From Spirochaetia bacterium (GTDB lineage: Bacteria; Spirochaetota; Spirochaetia; SZUA-6; Bin103): a stretch of 64,000 nt of DNA. Shown piece by piece: positions 28,241 through 36,532 of the stretch. Below the pieces are notes generated by a model. The model saw nothing but the letters and a program-made list of their open reading frames with translations, was not told the DNA's origin and did not search any database. The translations under genes and the position numbers were made by a program. The first letter of the stretch is position 1, and the number at the start of each line of letters is the position of its first letter. The DNA lies in contig CBDBDQ010000005.1 in NCBI GenBank assembly GCA_965203905.1, positions 2,464,001 through 2,528,000 of the forward strand, given 5' to 3'.

Positions 28241-29770
28241 ATGAACCCTCTCCCCCTGTCACGGCTGGCGGCGGCGATCGGGCCGGACACGGTGCGCGGC
28301 GGTGCGGACCGCGCCGTCACTCAGATCTGCTACGACAGCCGTCGCGCAGAGCCGGGTGCGCTGTTCGTGGCGCAGCCCGGCGTCCACGTGGACGGGCACC
28401 GGTTCATCGACGCCGCCGTGGCAGCCGGCAGCGTGGCCGTGGTGCACAGCCGCGAGTTGAGCCGTTACGCACCGGGCGTCACCTACCTGCGGGTGAGCGA
28501 CCCGGCCGCCGCCCTGTCGCGTGCCGCGGCCTGCTTCTACCGCCACCCGTCGCGGGAGTTGACCGTGGTCGGGGTCACCGGCACCAACGGCAAGAGCACC
28601 ACCGCATGGTGGATCTATCATCTGCTGCGCCACCTGCAGGTCCCCGTGGGGCTGATCTCCACGGTGGGCTGCGACTACGGTGCCGGTCTCGGCGCCAATC
28701 CCGAGCACGTGACGACTCCGTTGGCGGTCGAAACCCATGCCGCGCTACGCACCATGGTCGATGCCGGGCTGCAGGCGGCGGTGGTGGAGGCTTCCTCCTG
28801 GGGCCTGGCAGCCGGCAGCCAGCGGCTGGCGGACGTGTGCTTCGATGTCGGGGTGATCACCAACTTCAGCCACGACCATCTGGAGTTGCACGGCAGCGAG
28901 GCGGCCTACCTGGACGCAAAGCTCAACCTGTTCCGCGGATTGCGCGGTCGCCACGCCTTCGCAGTGGCGCCGCCGCAACTCGCTGAGCAGGTACGCGCCG
29001 TGGGCGCGATCCCGGTGCACGTATACGGCGGCGACCCGGATGCGCAGGACGCCGGGGCAGCCGCGGCCGGGGCCCACGAGCCGCACAGCGGCGGGCTGCC
29101 GCGCGGCGGCCTGCACTTCGTGCTGCACCTGAGCGGCGCCACGGCGCCTTGCACCCTAACGGCACCCGGTCCGTTCAATCTGGCCAACTGCCTGTCGGCG
29201 GTCTCGGTGGTGGCGCGCTGGCGCGGCCTGGGTGCCGCCGACCTGGTGGCGCCGATCGCGGCCTTGCGCCTGCCCCCCGGACACATGGAGGAGGTCGACT
29301 GCGGACAACCCTTCCGGGTGGTGGTCGACTATGCCCATACCCCGGAGGCGTTTCGCGTCGCGCTTTCCTATCTGGCGGGCCACGCCCGGCGCGCCGGGGG
29401 ACGCTTGATCGCCGTGTTCGGCTCCGCCGGGGAACGCGACGTGGACAAGCGCCCGCAGCAGGGTCGCATCGCCTGCCAATATGCCGACCTGGTAGTGCTG
29501 ACCGATGAGGACTGCCGGGGTGAGGACCCGTTGGCGATCCTGCAGCAGATAGCGGCGGGATGCAGCGGCCGTACCGTGGGCGTCGACCTGGTGCTGGAGG
29601 TGGAGCGGGAAGCGGCGATCACCTACGCCGTCGCCGCCGCGCGCCCACGCGACGTGGTGGTGCTGCTCGGCAAGGGACACGAGGCCAGCATCATTGGCCC
29701 CGGTGGGCCGCGGCCGTGGGATGAGCGAGCCGCCGCGGTAGCTGCGTTGCGCGACGCCGGCCACGGCTGA
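28241..29770 (+). CDS. murE: UDP-MurNAc-dipeptide--diamino acid ligase
   Basis: YDSR, GVTGTNGKST, VEASS, TNFSHDHL, VDYAHTP, FGSAGERD..KRP, GKGHE. Confidence 0.93.
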   Translation: MNPLPLSRLAAAIGPDTVRGGADRAVTQICYDSRRAEPGALFVAQPGVHVDGHRFIDAAVAAGSVAVVHSRELSRYAPGVTYLRVSDPAAALSRAAACFYRHPSRELTVVGVTGTNGKSTTAWWIYHLLRHLQVPVGLISTVGCDYGAGLGANPEHVTTPLAVETHAALRTMVDAGLQAAVVEASSWGLAAGSQRLADVCFDVGVITNFSHDHLELHGSEAAYLDAKLNLFRGLRGRHAFAVAPPQLAEQVRAVGAIPVHVYGGDPDAQDAGAAAAGAHEPHSGGLPRGGLHFVLHLSGATAPCTLTAPGPFNLANCLSAVSVVARWRGLGAADLVAPIAALRLPPGHMEEVDCGQPFRVVVDYAHTPEAFRVALSYLAGHARRAGGRLIAVFGSAGERDVDKRPQQGRIACQYADLVVLTDEDCRGEDPLAILQQIAAGCSGRTVGVDLVLEVEREAAITYAVAAARPRDVVVLLGKGHEASIIGPGGPRPWDERAAAVAALRDAGHG

Positions 29771-29795
29771 GGCCGGCGCCGCCCCCCGCTGACGT

Positions 29796-32366
29796 ATGCG
29801 ACGCCATCTCGCGCTGTGGTGCCTGGCGGGACTGCTCGGGAGTGTTCCGCTGCCGGCCCAGCAGCGCCCGGCCATTGCGGTGGACGCAACCAGTTCGCTG
29901 CCAGCGTTACCTGGCGGCCAGTTCGCCGCCAGCGTCGCCTGGCTGCTCGGAGAGTGGTACGGACGGTACGTGATCGGACATCCGGCGGTCGATTCCGCGG
30001 AGCGCCCGCCGTGGCGGCTGCGACTTGCCGTTGCCGCGGGAGCCCATGGCGTGAATTTGCACAGCGAGCTGGTCGCTCCGGACGGGAGCGCAACAACGCG
30101 CAGCGCCTGGCTGCCGCCGGGCTCGCTCGGCGCCCTCACCGCAACGGCAGCGGCCGACGGCTTCTGGCTATGGGCGCAAGCGCGGCGATTCCCCCACCTC
30201 GCGGCGCTGGCGCCGGCACCGGCGCGTGCCGCGCTGCTGCCCGCGCAAGCCGTGAGCCGGCTCGGCCGGCAGCCACCTGCGGCAGCCGCGGCGCGCGTTG
30301 CCGCGGGCGCCTCCGGCGGCATCCTGATGCTGCTGCCCGACGGTCCGCTGGCTCTGGGAAGCAGGTTCGAGATCACGCCGGACACCGTGCTGTGGCTCAG
30401 CTGGCGGGAACACGCGCCGCCCGGACCGTGGCGCGGACTCTACCCGCTGGCCGACGGCCGGGTCGTGCTGCAGCCGGCGGCGGGGCCTCCCCTGCTCGTG
30501 GATCCCTACCTGGAGGGAAGCAACGCCGCCGACCGCGGGCCCGAAACCGCGACCGCAGCACTGCTCACGGTCACGCCCAGCGGCGCGCAGGTGTTGCATC
30601 GTCCGGGGCTCCTGGAGGTGCTGCAGCCGGCGGGCAGCGGCAGCACTGCGACCACCCTGGAGGTGCCCGTCGGCAGCATCGCCGCCACCGCCGTTACCGG
30701 CGACCGGCGCGGCGCGGTTTGGGCGTTCGATCCCCGTGAGCGCCGCATTCGCGTGTTCGCCCCCGGTACCGGCGACCGGTCCGAGCTGCGCCAGCTCTAC
30801 GCGGTTACTCCACTGCTGCCGTGGGAGGAGCTCTCCGCCTTGCAGACGATCGCCCTGACCGCCGACGGCCACCTGCTGCTCGGGTCCCGGCGGGGAATCT
30901 GGAAGCTCGATTACCGCGGGCTGCCGCTGTGGTCCCTGGGCGTGCTGGGCACGCGACCGCGACAGCGGTTGCCGCAGGCGTTCACCGTAGTGCCCCTGGC
31001 GGATGCGACGGCGTTCCTGCTGCTCGACCGTTCCACCGGCGTGCTGCATCGCTTCGTGGAGCAGCCGCAGCAAGAGTCAGGAACCGGGCAGACTCCACTG
31101 CTGTTGCGTCCGGACAGCTCCCCCTCGCCACCGGGAGCGCTTCCCAGAGCCTTGACCGGCAGCGCTCTGCGCGCCGCCGAGCAGGCCTGGCAGCGGCACT
31201 ACCCCGAGGCCGCCCTCCGGCTGCTCGCCGCGGCGCGCCGCCACCTGAGCCGCTGGCGGGCCGCCGACCCGCTGGCGCGGGACGCCGACCGGCATGCCGC
31301 CGCCATCGAGGCGCTGGGCGAGTCGGTGGAGCGGGGTCTCTACGGAGAGCCCCTCTTCGCCCTGCAGGTCGCGCCGGACACGTATCACCCGGCGCTGCAA
31401 TCCCACTACCTGGAACATCCGTTCCGCCTCTCCCTGCACAACCGCAGCGATCGCCCGGTCCAGCCGGTGGTGGAGGTGGGCGTGGCCGGAACCACGCGCT
31501 CCGCCAGGCTGCACGCGCCAACCATCGCGGCTGGCGCCACGACCACGCTCCCGGCGCCGCTCCATGCGCCTGCCACGCACGGCGCCACCGACCTGGCGCG
31601 CGAGGTGTCGCTGTGGCTGCGTGCCGCTCCCGTCGAGGGGGCTCCGGCGGTGCTGGCGCACACGCCGCTCGTGCTGGAGGCGCGGCGCTGCGTCCCGGAA
31701 GGTGCGCCTCGGGCCAGTGCCGCCCACGCCGCGTTCCTGGGTTGGCACGCGGCTGCCGCGGACGCCACGCTGACCACCCTGGCGGCCATGCCGCTGGCGA
31801 CCCACGAGCTGGTGGACGCGCTGGCCCGGCTCGCGGAAGTACACGCTGCCGGAGCGCCATGCAGCCTGCAGCCCGTGGCCCACACGCTGGCTTCCGGATC
31901 CGGAACCGCCACCGACTGGACGCTGGCACTGGCGGCGCTGCTCGCCCGCCGCGGCGACCCGGCGCTGCTTCTGCTCAGCGCCGAGCATCCGGCCATGATA
32001 CTGATGCGGCCGGGCGGGCCGGCCGGCTCGCATCCTGCGGCCGGTGAGGCTCTGGACGAGGCTGCGCGCCGACTGCTCGACACCGCGCCGGCCGGGGCGA
32101 TGCTTCACTCCGGAGCGGAACCGGTCTGGGCGCTGTTGCCGTTACCCGGCGCGGCAGGCTCCGGCAGCGGATCTGCGTGGCGCAGCGCGGGGGCCCGGCG
32201 TGCTGCCGCGGTGCTGCAACCGGGGGCCGGTGCCTGGAGACTGATGCCGGTATCCGGTGTCCGCGGGCCCCGCGCCGGCGACCTCACCGGGGGGTGGCCA
32301 GCCGTGCTCCCGCTCGGCGCCGGAGCTCCGGTGGCGGCCGACGCCAGGTATCAGAATCGAAGGTGA
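29796..32366 (+). CDS. large exported hypothetical protein (propeller-like repeats, degenerate transglutaminase-like C-terminus)
   Basis: Signal peptide; repeats such as AVWAFDP..RRIRVF, IALTADGHLLLG, FLLLDRSTGVLHRF; LQP..TL..GSGTATDW..ALAALL. Confidence 0.55.
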   Translation: MRRHLALWCLAGLLGSVPLPAQQRPAIAVDATSSLPALPGGQFAASVAWLLGEWYGRYVIGHPAVDSAERPPWRLRLAVAAGAHGVNLHSELVAPDGSATTRSAWLPPGSLGALTATAAADGFWLWAQARRFPHLAALAPAPARAALLPAQAVSRLGRQPPAAAAARVAAGASGGILMLLPDGPLALGSRFEITPDTVLWLSWREHAPPGPWRGLYPLADGRVVLQPAAGPPLLVDPYLEGSNAADRGPETATAALLTVTPSGAQVLHRPGLLEVLQPAGSGSTATTLEVPVGSIAATAVTGDRRGAVWAFDPRERRIRVFAPGTGDRSELRQLYAVTPLLPWEELSALQTIALTADGHLLLGSRRGIWKLDYRGLPLWSLGVLGTRPRQRLPQAFTVVPLADATAFLLLDRSTGVLHRFVEQPQQESGTGQTPLLLRPDSSPSPPGALPRALTGSALRAAEQAWQRHYPEAALRLLAAARRHLSRWRAADPLARDADRHAAAIEALGESVERGLYGEPLFALQVAPDTYHPALQSHYLEHPFRLSLHNRSDRPVQPVVEVGVAGTTRSARLHAPTIAAGATTTLPAPLHAPATHGATDLAREVSLWLRAAPVEGAPAVLAHTPLVLEARRCVPEGAPRASAAHAAFLGWHAAAADATLTTLAAMPLATHELVDALARLAEVHAAGAPCSLQPVAHTLASGSGTATDWTLALAALLARRGDPALLLLSAEHPAMILMRPGGPAGSHPAAGEALDEAARRLLDTAPAGAMLHSGAEPVWALLPLPGAAGSGSGSAWRSAGARRAAAVLQPGAGAWRLMPVSGVRGPRAGDLTGGWPAVLPLGAGAPVAADARYQNRR

Positions 32367-32381
32367 CCTCGCACACACCCG

Positions 32382-33287
32382 TCACGGGCGCAATGGCAGC
32401 TTGAGCCGAAGTGCGTCCACGGCATAGCCGGCGCGCTGCAACAGCTCCTGTGCGCCCATGGTCGCGGCATCCAGTTCCACGCGCAGCGCGCCGACGCCGT
32501 GGTCTCGCGCCAGTTGCCCGAGTACCGCCAACAGTCGTCCGGCTAGACCGATGCCGCGGTAGGAGGAGAGCACCGCGAGCTGGACCAGCTCCCACTCTCC
32601 GGAGCGCGCGCCCGGCTGGTGCGGAAGCGCCGGTTCGCGTTCGCGCGCCCACGCCAGCCCCACCACCTCATCTTCCGGCGTCCGCGCCACCACGACATGC
32701 GACCCCGGCGTGTCCAGGGTGCGCAGCCGCTGCTTGATGCAGGTCGCCAACTCGGACGCCGGCACCTTACCCAGTTCCAGCAGTGCCTCGCGGTCCACGT
32801 AACCGGCCCCGGCAAGCTGGTGCGGCAACGCCGCGGCGACTACGAAATCGGAGACGGTGAGGTCCTCGGTTTCCTCCGGCTCGGGGCCCAGACGCTCCAG
32901 GCCGGCCGCTTCCCGTTCCTGGTTGTACCACTCGGCGACGACGCGGCGCATCTCGCGCTCCTTGAAGCGGTACCAACTGCGCTCCAGGTCGCGACTCTGC
33001 TTCAACGCATTCTTGAAGTTCCGGAACACGCCCCTGCCGGCGGACAGCGCGTCGCGCAACTGCTCCCGGTAGAAGCGGTTCGGTACCGTGGCCACAAACC
33101 CCTCCATGAGGTGGAAGCCGTCCGCGGGCTTCCAGCGCGGCGCCGGGACGTACTCGTCGCCTCGCTCGCGTCGCTCGTCGGTCACCACCTGGCCGGTGAC
33201 GCGGTGGACGAAGGAGCGCGAGCCCTGGTCTTCCATCGCGAAGATTATCTGGTCGTATACCTCCGGCGACAGCTCGAAGCGCATCAT
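32382..33287 (-). CDS. UPF0158 domain - GNAT acetyltransferase fusion
   Basis: P.W...DGF.LME.FV...L..AL..GRGVFRNFKNAL....W..FK; C-terminal LAV..SYRGIGLA..LL. Confidence 0.85.
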   Translation of the reverse strand: MMRFELSPEVYDQIIFAMEDQGSRSFVHRVTGQVVTDERRERGDEYVPAPRWKPADGFHLMEGFVATVPNRFYREQLRDALSAGRGVFRNFKNALKQSRDLERSWYRFKEREMRRVVAEWYNQEREAAGLERLGPEPEETEDLTVSDFVVAAALPHQLAGAGYVDREALLELGKVPASELATCIKQRLRTLDTPGSHVVVARTPEDEVVGLAWAREREPALPHQPGARSGEWELVQLAVLSSYRGIGLAGRLLAVLGQLARDHGVGALRVELDAATMGAQELLQRAGYAVDALRLKLPLRP

Positions 33288-33335
33288 TATGAAGGTACGG
33301 GACCGGCCGGGGCAGCGACAAGCTCGGTTCGGATC

Positions 33336-33575
33336 GGATGACTTGGTTGCGGTTCCGTGACTCCGTTACGCAGGACTCTCGCCCAGACCAGTTCGTTGCT
33401 CCCGCGATGACGCCGGTTGCGAGCCACCTTCGCGTAGCGTTCTTCTTGGCAAGTTCACGTCGCAGTCTCACCCCCCTGACTTCACCGTCGAACCTCGGTG
33501 GAGTGAAGTGGCAGCGTCTACGAAGAGCCGCATGCCTCCATACCGGCCTGGGATCTGCTGGCTGACGGGTGGATG
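33336..33575 (-). ncRNA. candidate structured non-coding RNA, family unassigned; ends approximate
   Basis: Nested complementary segments across a ~300-bp gap between genes; two stems need G-U pairs that exist only on the minus strand. Confidence 0.55.
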
Positions 33576-33586
33576 GTGCGTCCCGA

Positions 33587-35002
33587 TCAGGTGCCGCCGG
33601 CGTCCGCGATCAGCTCCGCAACCGCGCGCTTGAAGGCGCGGCCGCGCTCGAACTCGTGGGCGAACATGCCGAAGGAAGTGGCCCCCGGTGAGAACAGCAC
33701 CGTGCCGCCGTCCGGGGTCGCCGCGACCGCGTCCCGCAGCGCCGCGTCGAGTCGGCTGAAGGGACCGTGCACGGCTGCCGCCCCGGCCGCCACCGCGGCG
33801 CCAAGCTTGGCGGTGGCGGTGCCCGCCAGCAGCACCACCGCCGTCACCGGCTCCAGCGCCGCCGCCAACACGCTGAATTCGAGCTCCTTGTCGTTGCCGC
33901 CGGCGATCAGCGTCACCGGGGGTGGCACCGAGGCGACGGCGGCCGCCGTGGCGTGCGGCATGGTGGCCGCGGAGTCGTTCACGAAGCGTATGCCGCGCCA
34001 GTGCGCGACCGTCTCCAGACGGTGCTCGAGGCCGCCGAAGCCGGCCAGTGAACGCGCAATGCGCGGCGCTTGACCGCAGCCGACGAACGCCGCCACGCCG
34101 AGGGCGGCGGCCGCCAGGTTGATCAGGTTGTGGCGTCCCGGAAGCTTGCGCTGCGTCACCAGCGGTTGCCGCTCGCGGGCACCGAGCTGCAGCCACGCCC
34201 CGGTGCCGGCGAGCACCGCACCGCTCTGCTCCGCGGGCAGCGACCCCTCCGCGACGTGCCACTGCCGCGCCGCCAGCGGCTGCTCGATCCAGCGCGTGGT
34301 GCCGATGCCCAGGACGGCGTAGTCGGCGTCGCTCTGTCCCGCGAACAGCCGCAGCTTGTCCCGCGCATAGGCCCGCAGCGACGGGTAGCGATCCTGGTGA
34401 TCGGGCAGGATATTGGTCAACAGCGCCACGCGCGGCCGCAGCAGTGCCGGGTCGGGCAGGTCGCCGAGCTGCCAGGAGGAGAGCTCCAGCACCACCGGGG
34501 TGTGCGCGGGAAGGGCCGCAGCAAAGGAGAGCGGCGAGGTGGTGATGTTGCCGCCCAGACGTGCGGCCGGGTGCCACTGCCGCAGGCCGTGGTGCAGGGC
34601 GGCGGCGGTAGTGGACTTGCCCTTGCTGCCGGTTACGGCGAGAACCGGGATGGCCGGGTACAGGCGGCGGAACAGGGAGATGTCGGTCTCGATCGGGGTC
34701 CCGGCGTTGCGTGCCGCGTGCAGGAACGGCGAGTCGGCCGGCACCGCCGGGTTCTTGATCACCAGGTCGGTGTCGGTAAAGTCCGCCGTACGGTGGCTGC
34801 CGAGCACCACGCGCACCGAGTCGTCGAGCTGCTCAAGAGAGGTCTGCAGGGCCGCGCGCGGGCGCAGGTCGGTGACCGTCACCCGTGCGCCGTGGCGCAC
34901 CAGGAACTGCGCCGCCGCCAGCCCGCCGCCGTGGACCCCCAGTCCCATCACGGTGGCGCGCATGCCGCGCAACTCGGCCGCCGTCCCAAGGGGAGCAGTC
35001 AT
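33587..35002 (-). CDS. murD: UDP-MurNAc-L-Ala--D-glutamate ligase
   Basis: VMGLGVHGGG, KNPAVP, AVTGSKGKSTT, ELSSWQL, PDHQDRY, EHRLE, NDSAAT, SPGATSFGMF..EFERG. Confidence 0.95.
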   Translation of the reverse strand: MTAPLGTAAELRGMRATVMGLGVHGGGLAAAQFLVRHGARVTVTDLRPRAALQTSLEQLDDSVRVVLGSHRTADFTDTDLVIKNPAVPADSPFLHAARNAGTPIETDISLFRRLYPAIPVLAVTGSKGKSTTAAALHHGLRQWHPAARLGGNITTSPLSFAAALPAHTPVVLELSSWQLGDLPDPALLRPRVALLTNILPDHQDRYPSLRAYARDKLRLFAGQSDADYAVLGIGTTRWIEQPLAARQWHVAEGSLPAEQSGAVLAGTGAWLQLGARERQPLVTQRKLPGRHNLINLAAAALGVAAFVGCGQAPRIARSLAGFGGLEHRLETVAHWRGIRFVNDSAATMPHATAAAVASVPPPVTLIAGGNDKELEFSVLAAALEPVTAVVLLAGTATAKLGAAVAAGAAAVHGPFSRLDAALRDAVAATPDGGTVLFSPGATSFGMFAHEFERGRAFKRAVAELIADAGGT

Positions 35003-35012
35003 GGTGGGGCCC

Positions 35013-36434
35013 CTACCGTTCCGGCTCCTCGAGCTCCTGGAACTGGAAGATCACCCAGTCACCCTTGTCCTGGCGCAGGAACACGCGCTCGCTGGTGGGC
35101 TGCCCGCGCTGCAGCGTACCGCGTGCCCCGGCACCGTCCTCGCCGCCCGGCCGCCACATCGAATAGCTGACGCGGAACACCGGCTGCGGGGCTCCCTGCT
35201 CGGCGACGATCTCCAGGTCGGACGCGCCGTACAGCCCCACCCCGGCGGGCAGATCGGGCTTGCCGGCCGCCACCCACTCGGTGGCACTGACGATATTGCT
35301 GCGGCCCTCGTAGCCCTGGGTCACGCGGCTGATCACGAACAGGTTGACCGCCTCGTTGATCAGTCCCTTGCCGGCGTCACCGATGACGGCGTCTTCCATC
35401 GTCGTATGATCCAGCTGGCCCATGCTGGTGTAGAAGGTCTCCACCACCTGCCGGGGCGAGAATCCCCTGGTCGAGCGCGGCTTGAACTGGTTGGCGACGA
35501 TGGAGCCGAGGATCCCGCCCACCGCCGCCGCGATTACGGCAACCACGACGATGGTGCGCAGGTTGCGCTGCAGAAAGACGCGGCGGCGAAAGGTCTGCTC
35601 GTACTTCGTCTCCAGCTCCCGCGCCTGCTCCCGCAGCGCGCCGGCGGCGGTCGCGTCCACCGGCTGCGGTTCCGGCTCGTGGGTCACGCGTTCCAGGGTG
35701 GCCACCCACTCGTCCAGCGCCGGGCGCGGCTGCTGGCGCTCGGGCCGCAACGCACGTTCCATGAGCCGCGAGAATTCGGGGTCGGTCCCGGGCACGCGCA
35801 GCCGTGCCGGTACTACGTCGAGCCGGCGCATCTGGTTGCGCAGATCGTCCTCCCGCGCCGCCGGGAACGGGTAGACACCGGTAACGGCACGATAGCTGAG
35901 GATCGCCAGGGTCACGCCGAGCCGCTCGGCGGCGGCCAGATCGGGATGATTGAGCCGCGCGGCGGCCGCCAGCATGGCCGCGGGCGAATGGGTCTCGGTA
36001 AGCTGCTTGACCACCGCGGGAGGGAAGATGAGCACCCCGCCGTCGGCCAGGAGGTAGACGCCGTTGAGTTGCAGCGGCTGGTCGAACCCGTGCTCCCGCA
36101 CCAGCAGGTGCAGCGCGGCCGCCACCCGCGCCACCGCCGCCAGGGCCCCGGCACCGGGCCGTTCCAGGACCGCCGCCAGCAGCTCCCCGTCGACGCGCGG
36201 TCCGGTCACCAGCAGGTGGTCGCCGTGGCGCAGGTAGCCGCTGAAGCGCCAGTCTCCCACCTCGGTGCCGCGTACGATCCAGCCGCGCGCCTCCTGCAGC
36301 GCGCTGCGCTTGGCCAGGGAACTCAGCTTGTCGGAGGCCGGAAACCCCAGCAGCCGCTGGCCGCGATCCTCCACCTGCAGTGGGTTGAGCTCGTTGAGAG
36401 ATTGATCCTCCATGGGCAGCCTTGCCGGATGCAT
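35013..36434 (-). CDS. single-TM protein with degenerate Ser/Thr kinase-like cytoplasmic domain
   Basis: LGVTL....Y..VTG.YPF and P.R...P...PE...L..RAL resemble a PknB C-lobe; TM at IVVVAVIAAAVGGILGSIV. Confidence 0.6.
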   Translation of the reverse strand: MHPARLPMEDQSLNELNPLQVEDRGQRLLGFPASDKLSSLAKRSALQEARGWIVRGTEVGDWRFSGYLRHGDHLLVTGPRVDGELLAAVLERPGAGALAAVARVAAALHLLVREHGFDQPLQLNGVYLLADGGVLIFPPAVVKQLTETHSPAAMLAAAARLNHPDLAAAERLGVTLAILSYRAVTGVYPFPAAREDDLRNQMRRLDVVPARLRVPGTDPEFSRLMERALRPERQQPRPALDEWVATLERVTHEPEPQPVDATAAGALREQARELETKYEQTFRRRVFLQRNLRTIVVVAVIAAAVGGILGSIVANQFKPRSTRGFSPRQVVETFYTSMGQLDHTTMEDAVIGDAGKGLINEAVNLFVISRVTQGYEGRSNIVSATEWVAAGKPDLPAGVGLYGASDLEIVAEQGAPQPVFRVSYSMWRPGGEDGAGARGTLQRGQPTSERVFLRQDKGDWVIFQFQELEEPER

Positions 36435-36532
36435 TGATTATCGCAGTGCGGGACCCATGTTGACAATGGAACAATGGAAGACGCGGCGTGCGTCCGACGG
36501 TGCCGCGCAACGGCGGGTCCCATCCGGCCACC

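Noticed and set aside
33380-33465. ZMP/ZTP (pfl) riboswitch-like words on the minus strand (CGTGA, AGGTGG, GGGAGC, CTGGGC)
   Set aside because: Lacks the GACUGGCG and CGCCUGGG pseudoknot partners, and the downstream gene is not purine or folate related; needs cmscan to exclude fully
33466-33510. tRNA-Sec or permuted tmRNA (GACTTCA, GGTTCGA, CTCCACC, GGGGGTGA motifs)
   Set aside because: No cloverleaf, T-arm/acceptor arrangement or tag reading frame could be built
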